Below, one piece after another: positions 56,466-64,000 of a stretch of DNA of 64,000 nt. The position numbers were made by a program, and so were the translations under genes. The DNA comes from Candidatus Ancaeobacter aquaticus (lineage in GTDB: Bacteria; Auribacterota; Ancaeobacteria; Ancaeobacterales; Ancaeobacteraceae), in contig JAVCCP010000067.1 in NCBI GenBank assembly GCA_030765405.1, forward strand, positions 97,051 to 161,050, written 5' to 3'. The first letter of the stretch is position 1. Every line of letters begins with the position of its first letter. The notes under the pieces are model-generated. The model did not search any database, was not told the origin of the DNA, and was given only the letters and a program-made list of their open reading frames with translations.

Positions 56466-57650
56466 TTAAAAACTGATCATGGTTTCAAAATCTTCAAAAG
56501 TGATGAATCTTATCGTGCATTGATTTTCAATAACAGTTTCTTTAAGGTTATTATTGATAACGTAGGCAGTTTTTGTGTTTTTGTATCTGAGAAGGAATCT
56601 TCTTAGCCCTTTTGGTATTTTTAAATTTGTGATGTTGCTTTTAACTTCAATAGGTATGGGTTTTCTATCGATTGACAAAATGAAATCTACTTCATCTCCA
56701 TCCTTTGTTCTCCAAAATTTAAGTTCCATGTTTGGAGCTAGCATAGAATGTAATTTTAAAAATACAAAACTTTCATAGAGGACCCCTTTGTCAGTACGTT
56801 CTGATACTGATGAGAAATCTTTTAATAATGCATTTCTTATTCCCAGATCGTATAGAAAAGTTTTGCATGATTTTCTTAATTCATTGCCTAGATTATTTGA
56901 ATAGCTATATAAGCGAAAATTAACATATGTTTCTTCGAGGATATCAAGATATCGATTTATGGCTTTTGAACTGAGTCTGACCTGATTTGATAGCGAATGT
57001 ATTGAAATAGTAGATCCTTGATTTTCGGCAAGTAGATATAGAAGGTGATTAAATGCTCTGATATTTTCTTCTTTGATAAGAGATTTAATGTCTTTTAATA
57101 TATAACTACTGAGAAGCTCTGATAACATTTGTTGTTTTCTATCTTCAAAATCTGTATGAGTTAATCCTGGCATGCCTCCGTAACGCATATAATAATCCAA
57201 AGGATAATTTTTATAATGTGTTTTTAATTCTGAATACTGTAGAGGGTAAATTCTGTATAAAAACCTTCTTCCTGCGAGACTTTCTTTTAAATGTTTATGG
57301 ATTTCTAAAGAGGACGATCCAGAACAAAAGATCTTTGTTTTAATATTGGAATCAAAAATAGCTTTGAATATTTTTGAAGCATTTTGAATATATTGAAATT
57401 CATCAATAAATACCATTTCTCCAGAATTACATATCATAGTAATAATATCTTTATTAGATTTATTGAATTCAGCGAGGACTTGTGGTTGTTCAAGATCGAA
57501 AAATGATGTTTTGTAACCGGACTTTTGAGCGTGTTTTTGAAGCTGTTTAAGTATGGTTGTTTTGCCAACCTGTCTTGGTCCCAAGAGAATATCAATCTCA
57601 GGTTGTGTTATTTCATTATGTAAAGTGTTAAGTATTAAACGTTTAATCAT
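56466..57650 (-). CDS. AAA+ ATPase of the AAA_14 + DUF4143 family
   Basis: Walker A LLGPRQVGKTT, Walker B VFIDEFQY, and a C-terminal DUF4143-like region. Common stand-alone family of unknown role. Confidence 0.7.
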   Translation of the reverse strand: MIKRLILNTLHNEITQPEIDILLGPRQVGKTTILKQLQKHAQKSGYKTSFFDLEQPQVLAEFNKSNKDIITMICNSGEMVFIDEFQYIQNASKIFKAIFDSNIKTKIFCSGSSSLEIHKHLKESLAGRRFLYRIYPLQYSELKTHYKNYPLDYYMRYGGMPGLTHTDFEDRKQQMLSELLSSYILKDIKSLIKEENIRAFNHLLYLLAENQGSTISIHSLSNQVRLSSKAINRYLDILEETYVNFRLYSYSNNLGNELRKSCKTFLYDLGIRNALLKDFSSVSERTDKGVLYESFVFLKLHSMLAPNMELKFWRTKDGDEVDFILSIDRKPIPIEVKSNITNLKIPKGLRRFLLRYKNTKTAYVINNNLKETVIENQCTIRFITFEDFETMISF

Positions 57651-57885
57651 AACGATTACTAATGTAACCTATTAGGTTAAAATAGTCAATACATATTTTG
57701 CATACACTTCTGTATTTTGTGGACTAAAACGATTTTAATGATAAAATAAGCAACTTATCTAATGAGTGAGTGACGGTGGGGTAGGGTTGGATTTGCAGGG
57801 CTTTATAACGCTTCGCTCGCTATGACAGTAAGTACGTTTGTTGATTTACCATTACATAACTCACTAACAATTAATTATATATCGT

Positions 57886-59895
57886 ATGAATAAACTCACA
57901 TTAGTATCAGATTTTAAGCCGTTAGGAGACCAGCCTGAGGCAATTGAAGCGCTGACTAAAGGTATTATCGACAATAAACGTTTTCAAACTCTTCTTGGGG
58001 TGACCGGTTCGGGAAAGACATTCACTGTAGCAAATGTTATTGAACGCGTACAAAAACCGACTCTGGTGCTTTCTCATAATAAGACGCTTGCGGCACAGCT
58101 CTATTCAGAGCTAAAACAGTTCTTTCCTCATAACGCAGTAGAATATTTTGTTAGTTACTACGATTATTATCAACCGGAAGCATATATTCCTCAAACCGAT
58201 ACCTATATTGAAAAAGATGCGTCAATAAACGATGAATTGGAACGATTACGCCTTGCCGCGACCAGTTCACTCATGACACGCCGAGATACAATAGTTGTTG
58301 CTAGTGTATCCTGTATATATGGTTTGGGTTCAAAAGAAGATTTTGAAGAGCTCCTTATCATGGTAGAGAAAGGTCAGCATTTCACTCGAGAAGAACTGTT
58401 AAAAAAACTTGTTGATATTCAGTATGAGCGTAACGATATTGATTTTTATCAGGGTAAATTTCGTGTGCGAGGAGATAGGATAGAAGTGTTTCCCGCATAT
58501 GCTGAAGACGCTATACGTATAGAAATATTTGATGATGTTGTCGATAGGATAACTCATATTGATCCTTTAACCGCAAAGATAAAAGAAGAAGTGGATATAG
58601 CGACTATTTATCCAGCGAAACATTTTGTTACCCCATATAGAAAGATTGAGCCTGCAACAGAAGCAATTTTAAAAGAACTTGATGAACGACTCAAATATTT
58701 CAGGGATCATAATAAGCTCCTTGAAGCGCAACGGATAGAAACAAAAACACGCTATGATATGGAGATGCTTCATGAAATAGGGTATTGCCAGGGAATTGAA
58801 AACTATTCGCGTCATTTGAGTGGTAGAGCTCCCGGTGAACGTCCGTCAACATTGATAGATTTTTTCCCTGATGATTTTCTTATGGTGATTGATGAGTCTC
58901 ATGTCTCTGTGCCGCAGGTACGGGGCATGTTTAACGGTGACCGGTCACGTAAAAACACTCTTGTCGAACATGGGTTTCGCTTACCTTCCGCGCTTGATAA
59001 CAGGCCGCTTAACTTTCATGAGTTTGAGCCTTTAATGAAAAATACCATATTTGTTTCAGCGACACCCGGTCCCTACGAATTTGAACGATGTCCAAAACCG
59101 ATAGAGCAAGTCGTTCGCCCAACCGGTCTTGTTGAACCGAAGATAACCGTGAAGCCGCTTGCCGGTGAAATAGATGATCTTATCGGACAGTGTCGTAAAC
59201 GGGTAAAGAAACATCAGCGTGTACTGGTAACAACACTAACAAAACGTGCGGCAGAAGATTTAACAACGTATTTAAGTAATGTCGGGATAAGAGTGAAATA
59301 TCTTCATTCTGGAATCGATGTTTTGACGAGAGTTGATGTGCTTAAGGGGTTACGCAAAAAAGAATTTGATGTTTTAATTGGAGTTAATCTATTGCGTGAA
59401 GGGTTAGACCTACCAGAGGTAGCGCTTGTTGCTATATTAGATGCCGATAAAGAAGGGTTTTTGAGATCTGAAACAGCGCTTATTCAAACTTCTGGACGTG
59501 CCGCAAGACATATTGACGGTGAAGTTATTATGTATGCAGATAAGGTGACGAATTCTATGCAAAGAGCGATTTCTGCAATGGATTATAGACGTGAGAAACA
59601 GCTCGCATATAATAAAGAACACGGCATTACCCCTCGGAGCGTGCAAAAAGCTATCCGCGATGAAATGTCGGGGAAAAGTAACGCTGAAAATATTGTTGAA
59701 GATATCATTACTATTGCGGGTGAAGATTTTGAATTACACGAAGTGCTTTTTGAGCTTAATCGTGAAATGCAGGAAGCGGCTGAGAATCTTGATTTTGAAC
59801 GTGCGGCTCAATTAAGAGATAAAATAAAAGAGATTAAAATGTCTCGATTATTTAAGAAAAAAGGGAAGTTTAAAAAAGTTCGTGCAAAAAAATAG
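57886..59895 (+). CDS. uvrB: Excinuclease ABC subunit B
   Basis: Helicase motifs (GVTGSGKT), beta-hairpin region, C-terminal UvrC-interaction helix. 669 aa. Confidence 0.9.
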   Translation: MNKLTLVSDFKPLGDQPEAIEALTKGIIDNKRFQTLLGVTGSGKTFTVANVIERVQKPTLVLSHNKTLAAQLYSELKQFFPHNAVEYFVSYYDYYQPEAYIPQTDTYIEKDASINDELERLRLAATSSLMTRRDTIVVASVSCIYGLGSKEDFEELLIMVEKGQHFTREELLKKLVDIQYERNDIDFYQGKFRVRGDRIEVFPAYAEDAIRIEIFDDVVDRITHIDPLTAKIKEEVDIATIYPAKHFVTPYRKIEPATEAILKELDERLKYFRDHNKLLEAQRIETKTRYDMEMLHEIGYCQGIENYSRHLSGRAPGERPSTLIDFFPDDFLMVIDESHVSVPQVRGMFNGDRSRKNTLVEHGFRLPSALDNRPLNFHEFEPLMKNTIFVSATPGPYEFERCPKPIEQVVRPTGLVEPKITVKPLAGEIDDLIGQCRKRVKKHQRVLVTTLTKRAAEDLTTYLSNVGIRVKYLHSGIDVLTRVDVLKGLRKKEFDVLIGVNLLREGLDLPEVALVAILDADKEGFLRSETALIQTSGRAARHIDGEVIMYADKVTNSMQRAISAMDYRREKQLAYNKEHGITPRSVQKAIRDEMSGKSNAENIVEDIITIAGEDFELHEVLFELNREMQEAAENLDFERAAQLRDKIKEIKMSRLFKKKGKFKKVRAKK

Positions 59896-59909
59896 ATGGG
59901 GGAAAATCC

Positions 59910-60764
59910 ATGAGTGATCTTGATTATTTAGAAATAAAAACGATAGTAGAAAATGCGTTGGAAGAGGATGTTGTTGGCGGTGATATTACAACAAATACAC
60001 TCATACCGTTTGATTTGGAGTGTCGTGCAGAGGTGCTGGTAAAAGAAGACTGTGTGCTCGCCGGGATACCTGTCGCAATTGCTGTTTTTAAGTCGTTTGA
60101 TTCTACCTTGATAATAGATGTCCTAGAAAAAGATAGTGCGAGCGTTAAAGCAGGGACAATAGTCCTAACTGTTGAGGGGAAAGCACGGTCAATACTAACC
60201 TGTGAACGTACTGTTTTAAATTTCTTGCAGCGTCTCTCGGGTATTGCAACAGTAACGAGATCATACGTTGATGCATGTGCTACTGATCGAGTTAAGATTT
60301 TGGATACGAGAAAAACGACACCGCTTTTGCGGTACTTAGAGAAATATGCTGTTCGAATGGGTGGCGGAGAGAATCATCGATATGGTCTTTTTGATCAGTT
60401 TCTTATCAAAGATAATCATCTTAAGTTACTAAAAGAAACAGGTAAAAATCCTATTAGTTTTAGTGTTATAACAGCAAAGAAATATTCACCCTCAATACCA
60501 GTTGAAATAGAAGTTGAACAAGTGGAAGATATTGAAGAGGCAGTTGAAGCTGGATGCGATATTATTCTACTTGATAATATGTCACCGGAAACAATCCAAA
60601 CGGCTGTTGATATAGTTAAAGGAAGAGTTCTTACAGAAGCCTCCGGTGGTATTACATTAGAAAATGTTGCTGAGTACGCACAAACCGGTGTAGACAGAAT
60701 ATCTATCGGTGCATTGACTCATTCTGCCCGGTCTGTAGATATTAGTTTAGATATTGTTGAATAA
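59910..60764 (+). CDS. nadC: Nicotinate-nucleotide pyrophosphorylase [carboxylating] (quinolinate phosphoribosyltransferase)
   Basis: QPRTase N- and C-terminal domains (...LLDNM...). 284 aa. Confidence 0.85.
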   Translation: MSDLDYLEIKTIVENALEEDVVGGDITTNTLIPFDLECRAEVLVKEDCVLAGIPVAIAVFKSFDSTLIIDVLEKDSASVKAGTIVLTVEGKARSILTCERTVLNFLQRLSGIATVTRSYVDACATDRVKILDTRKTTPLLRYLEKYAVRMGGGENHRYGLFDQFLIKDNHLKLLKETGKNPISFSVITAKKYSPSIPVEIEVEQVEDIEEAVEAGCDIILLDNMSPETIQTAVDIVKGRVLTEASGGITLENVAEYAQTGVDRISIGALTHSARSVDISLDIVE

Positions 60765-60782
60765 GCGGGATATACATTTAAT

Positions 60783-61775
60783 ATGCAAAAGAATAATACA
60801 GTAAAAATTGATGAAGCACTAATAGAAGTATTACATAAACGTAAAAGTGAATATGTCTCTGGTGAAGAGCTTGCGCAGAAGCTGAATGTGTCTCGTACAG
60901 CTATATGGAATCATATTACTCATTTGCGTCAGTGTGGGTATGTTATTGATGCTGTATCGAATACAGGGTACCGATTAGTGAATATTCCGGATAAAATGTT
61001 GCCGGACGAGATTATGAGGCTTCTCTGTACAAAAATAATAGGACGAAACGTAGTTTCTTTTGAAGAAACTGCATCTACAAGCAGTGTTGCGTTGCGTATG
61101 GCTGAAGATGGTGAACCAGAAGGAACTATTGTAATAGCCGAATCGCAAAATAAGGGCAGAGGAAGACACGGAAGATGCTGGTCATCACCTAAAGGTAAAG
61201 GGCTATGGTTTTCGTTGATATTACGCCCCGATATTTCTCCTCAAGATATATCTCAGATAACCTGTGCAGGTGCAATTGCGTGTGCGCGAGCCATTACTGA
61301 TATATCAGGATGTGAAACAGAAATAAAATGGCCAAACGATATTATAGTAGGCGGTAAGAAAATAAGCGGTATATTAACGGAAATAAACTCTGACCTTGAA
61401 GGTATTCGTTATGTTGTGCTTGGTGTTGGGATTAACGTGAATGTTGATAAAACCGATTTCCCGAAAGAGATAAGAAATATTGCGACGTCAATGAAGATAG
61501 AACTTTCAAAAAACGTTTCACGGCTTTCAGTGCTCGGTTCATTTCTTCAATGGTTTGAAGAATATTATTTAGAGCTGCAAAGTGGAAAATTTGATAGGAT
61601 CAGAACTGATTGGATAAGTCTTTCCAACACCATAGGTAAATATGTTACTGTTGAAACACAGGGTAAAAAGATTGAGGGGTATGCAACAGGGGTTGATCCG
61701 AAAGGAAACCTTGTTGTGCGGCTTCCAAACGGGCTAAATGAATATGTAATGAGCGGAGATGTAACAGTACAATGA
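60783..61775 (+). CDS. birA: Bifunctional biotin--[acetyl-CoA-carboxylase] ligase / biotin operon repressor
   Basis: N-terminal winged HTH (SGEELAQKLNVSRTAIWNHITHLRQCGY), BPL catalytic motif GRGRHGRCWSSP, C-terminal SH3-like domain. ATGA overlap with coaX. Confidence 0.85.
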   Translation: MQKNNTVKIDEALIEVLHKRKSEYVSGEELAQKLNVSRTAIWNHITHLRQCGYVIDAVSNTGYRLVNIPDKMLPDEIMRLLCTKIIGRNVVSFEETASTSSVALRMAEDGEPEGTIVIAESQNKGRGRHGRCWSSPKGKGLWFSLILRPDISPQDISQITCAGAIACARAITDISGCETEIKWPNDIIVGGKKISGILTEINSDLEGIRYVVLGVGINVNVDKTDFPKEIRNIATSMKIELSKNVSRLSVLGSFLQWFEEYYLELQSGKFDRIRTDWISLSNTIGKYVTVETQGKKIEGYATGVDPKGNLVVRLPNGLNEYVMSGDVTVQ

Positions 61776-62539
61776 ATAAGAATACATTGCTTACCTGCGA
61801 TATAGGGAATTCTGAAATACATTTTGGCGTTTTTGTTGGTGATACATTGAAAAAGTCATTTCGTATTTCTTCAAAGCTTCCGTATGAAAAGATGAGAAGT
61901 GAAGCGGCCAAAAGAATGCCTAAAGAGTGCGATTCCGTTATTCTCGGGAGTGTTGTTCCGCACGTAACAAAAAAGCTCGGTCGAATAATAAAAAACACCT
62001 TAAAGGTTGATCCTCATATTGTTTCTTCATCAACTAAATGGGGAATAGACCTGAAGTATAAAAACCCTCAAACGCTTGGTGTTGATAGGCTTGCTAATAG
62101 TATTGGCGGATTTGCACTCTATGGCGGCCCGCTTATTATTGTTGATTTTGGTACTGCGATTACGTTTGATGTTGTCGACGGAAAAGGTAATTTTATTGGG
62201 GGTGCTCTTATCCCTGGATATGCACTTCAGTGTGATAGTCTTGGTGACAATACCGCGCAGTTACCGAAAGTTACCAAAGGCGCAGGATCTTCCAGTAAAA
62301 TAGGTGATGATACACATTCATGTATTAAACTTGGTGTTACGGTTGGGGTATGTGGCGCTGTTAAAGAAGTGTTGGCACACCTCAAGAATATTAAGGGAAT
62401 ACAAAAAAAGGAATTAAAAATTCTTGCAACAGGCGGGCACAGCTACTATTTTGCGACGCGTGCAAAAATATTTGATGTTGTATGCCCTGATTTGACATTG
62501 ATTGGGCTAAAAGAAATGTATAAAAGGATTGTTCAATGA
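61772..62539 (+). CDS. coaX: Type III pantothenate kinase
   Basis: LTCDIGNSEIHFGVF...DRLAN...GTA.T is the Baf/CoaX family. Classic birA-coaX linkage. Confidence 0.85.
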   Translation: MNKNTLLTCDIGNSEIHFGVFVGDTLKKSFRISSKLPYEKMRSEAAKRMPKECDSVILGSVVPHVTKKLGRIIKNTLKVDPHIVSSSTKWGIDLKYKNPQTLGVDRLANSIGGFALYGGPLIIVDFGTAITFDVVDGKGNFIGGALIPGYALQCDSLGDNTAQLPKVTKGAGSSSKIGDDTHSCIKLGVTVGVCGAVKEVLAHLKNIKGIQKKELKILATGGHSYYFATRAKIFDVVCPDLTLIGLKEMYKRIVQ

Positions 62540-63936
62540 ACTATGCATTAGTTTTTCGTACTACACACCAGACAATGATGGCGGAAGAAGTATTATCATT
62601 AAACAGTTATTATTTTGATACGTTACCATTGCCAAAAGAAATAAAAACCGGTTGTACGATAGCGTTATCAATTCAAAAAGATGATTGTCCGTTAATTATC
62701 GCTCTCTTGAAAAATGAGAATATTGTTGTTGAGGGTGTGTATGAGGTTGGTGATGCAGGGTGGAAGAAAATTGATTATGCGCACAAGGTTGATAGAAGGG
62801 TTTATCTCGACAATAATGCTTCAACACCGGTAGCGCATGAGGTGGTGCATGTACTCTTACCGTATCTTGAAGAACACTATGGAAATCCCTCATCAATTCA
62901 TTTAATTGGTCGTGAAGCGCGGATTGCGATCGATGAGGCCAGAGATGAAGTTGCCACTCTTATGGGTGCTGAATCAGAAGAAATTATTTTTACCGGTAAT
63001 GGTACGGAGGCAAATAATTTTGCGATAAAAGGTATAGCTGAGCTCCATGCTGTAAATAAAGGGCATATCATTACTACGGTTATTGAGCATCCGAGTGTTC
63101 TGGAGTCGTGTCGGTACTTAGAAAAATATGGTTATGAGGTAACGTATCTTCCTGTTGATGCATTTGGTTTGGTTTCGGCTGATCAAGTAAAAAACGCGAT
63201 AAAAAAGAATACGATACTCATTACCGTGCAGTGGGCAAATAATGAGATTGGTACTTTGCAGCCGGTAACAGAGATCGGGACGCTTGCGCTCGAACAGGGG
63301 ATAGTTTTTCATACTGATGCGATACAAGTAATCGGTAAAATACCTTATGACGTACATTCTTTACCAATTGATATGTTAACTTTTTCTGCGCACAAGTTTT
63401 ATGGGCCAAAAGGATGTGGGGGGCTATATATTCGCCGAAACATACAGGTGTTACCGATCATTCATGGTGGTAAACAGGAACGTGGTATGCGTGCAGGTAC
63501 AGAAAACAGTATTGGCATAGTTGGTGCGGGAGCGGCTGCGATGCTTCTTAAAGAATCACAAGTTGAAGATAGTACAGAAATAAAAAGATTAAGAGATCTT
63601 CTCTATGAAGGGATTGCATCCTCTATAGAAGGTATTAAGGTGAATGGTGATCCTGAAAAACTTCTGCCGAATACATTAAATATTAGTTTTAAGGGTGTTG
63701 ATGGCGAGTCTTTACTTATCAATCTTGATCTTGAAGGGATCAATGTCTCAACAGGATCAGCGTGTGCAAGCGGGTCAACTGAACCATCATATGTCCTGAA
63801 AGCGTGTGGTGTTTCAGATGAATATATAAACGGAGGTATCCGTTTTTCATTAGGAAGAGAGAATACTGAGGACGATATCCTTTATACCATCGAGAAGACT
63901 AAAGAGATCGTTAATCGGTTACGTAAGAAACAATAA
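62536..63936 (+). CDS. Cysteine desulfurase (NifS/IscS/YrvO-like, PLP-dependent) with an N-terminal roughly 85-aa DUF3343-like (putative S/Se carrier) domain fused in frame
   Basis: N-terminus MNYALVFRTTHQTMMAEEVL...LPLPKEIKTGCTIAL fits the DUF3343 pattern (F.sTH...P.P.eis.gCg.al). From RRVYLDNNAST onward it is class V aminotransferase, with the active-site Cys in GSACASGS. No internal start codon separates the two parts. The gene is ATGA-coupled to coaX and followed by mnmA. Confidence 0.75.
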   Translation: MNYALVFRTTHQTMMAEEVLSLNSYYFDTLPLPKEIKTGCTIALSIQKDDCPLIIALLKNENIVVEGVYEVGDAGWKKIDYAHKVDRRVYLDNNASTPVAHEVVHVLLPYLEEHYGNPSSIHLIGREARIAIDEARDEVATLMGAESEEIIFTGNGTEANNFAIKGIAELHAVNKGHIITTVIEHPSVLESCRYLEKYGYEVTYLPVDAFGLVSADQVKNAIKKNTILITVQWANNEIGTLQPVTEIGTLALEQGIVFHTDAIQVIGKIPYDVHSLPIDMLTFSAHKFYGPKGCGGLYIRRNIQVLPIIHGGKQERGMRAGTENSIGIVGAGAAAMLLKESQVEDSTEIKRLRDLLYEGIASSIEGIKVNGDPEKLLPNTLNISFKGVDGESLLINLDLEGINVSTGSACASGSTEPSYVLKACGVSDEYINGGIRFSLGRENTEDDILYTIEKTKEIVNRLRKKQ

Positions 63937-63950
63937 GCGAGCAGATGTAA

Positions 63951-64000
63951 TGTCTAAACAAGATAAAAAGCGAGTTGCTGTACTTTTAAGCGGTGGTGTT
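63951..64000 (+). CDS. mnmA: tRNA-specific 2-thiouridylase MnmA (5' end only; continues beyond the window)
   Basis: MSKQDKKRVAVLLSGGV is the N-terminal PP-loop (SGGxDS) start typical of MnmA. Confidence 0.6.

Noticed and set aside
57831-57844. LexA-box-like AGTACGTTTGTTGA 45 nt upstream of uvrB
   Set aside because: It matches the cyanobacterial-type RGTACNNNDGTWCB with one mismatch in the right half-site (GTTG instead of GTWC), so it is not truly palindromic. No Cheo box is present. Too weak to call.
1-64000. CRISPR arrays, IS elements, integrases, prophage genes, rRNA
   Set aside because: None found. Every repeat present is short (under 80 nt). No transposase, integrase, or Cas-like ORF occurs in any frame.

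Overview
This 64-kb window is a gene-dense chromosomal segment from a low-GC bacterium (about 37-38% GC by eye). Almost everything is transcribed on the + strand; only two genes are on the - strand. Gene order in places resembles Firmicutes (rny-ymdB; xseA-xseB-dxs-tlyA-nadK). Most content is core metabolism and translation:

- thrS-infC-rpmI-rplT-pheS-pheT, preceded by tRNA-Cys, tRNA-Leu and tRNA-Val
- rarA and 5-formyl-THF cyclo-ligase
- rny-ymdB
- xseAB-dxs-tlyA-nadK
- a four-subunit 2-oxoacid:ferredoxin oxidoreductase (delta-alpha-beta-gamma)
- gltX-pgsA
- yjbQ
- a peptidoglycan/amino-sugar recycling block: GlcD/GlcF-like FAD/Fe-S oxidase, YkgJ-like, a secreted tandem SagB-type protein, a MurK-MurQ fusion, nagZ and an orphan solute-binding protein
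- nfu; plsY-gpsA; tRNA-Pro
- hom-thrC-(ApgM-like)-lysC-cimA-valS
- a Smr-domain protein, a CPBP protease and tex
- uvrB-nadC-birA-coaX-(DUF3343::NifS)-mnmA

I found no CRISPR array, no rRNA, and no transposase or integrase.

The parts that do not look ordinary are:

1. A 1633-aa signal-anchored giant protein. It has a Tiki/ChaN/TraB-like N-domain, HEAT-like repeats, near-identical internal DNA repeats and a GC-rich mosaic segment. It is expressed from a near-consensus sigma70 promoter flanked by a C9 tract, and is preceded by a leaderless 21-codon basic uORF coupled to it through an ATGA overlap.
2. Immediately upstream, a decayed nucleotidyltransferase gene broken at an A8 run, with a 75-bp copy of an internal fragment downstream.
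3. An archaeal-type cofactor-independent phosphoglycerate mutase homolog sitting in the thrB slot of the threonine operon.
4. Several short repeat and palindrome elements in intergenic DNA: a dispersed GCTRTAAG repeat family, a 25-nt perfect palindrome, a GTCTNNG heptamer array, and a polypurine tract with an inverted flank.

All protein calls are from reading the translated ORFs by eye against remembered family signatures. No database search was possible.
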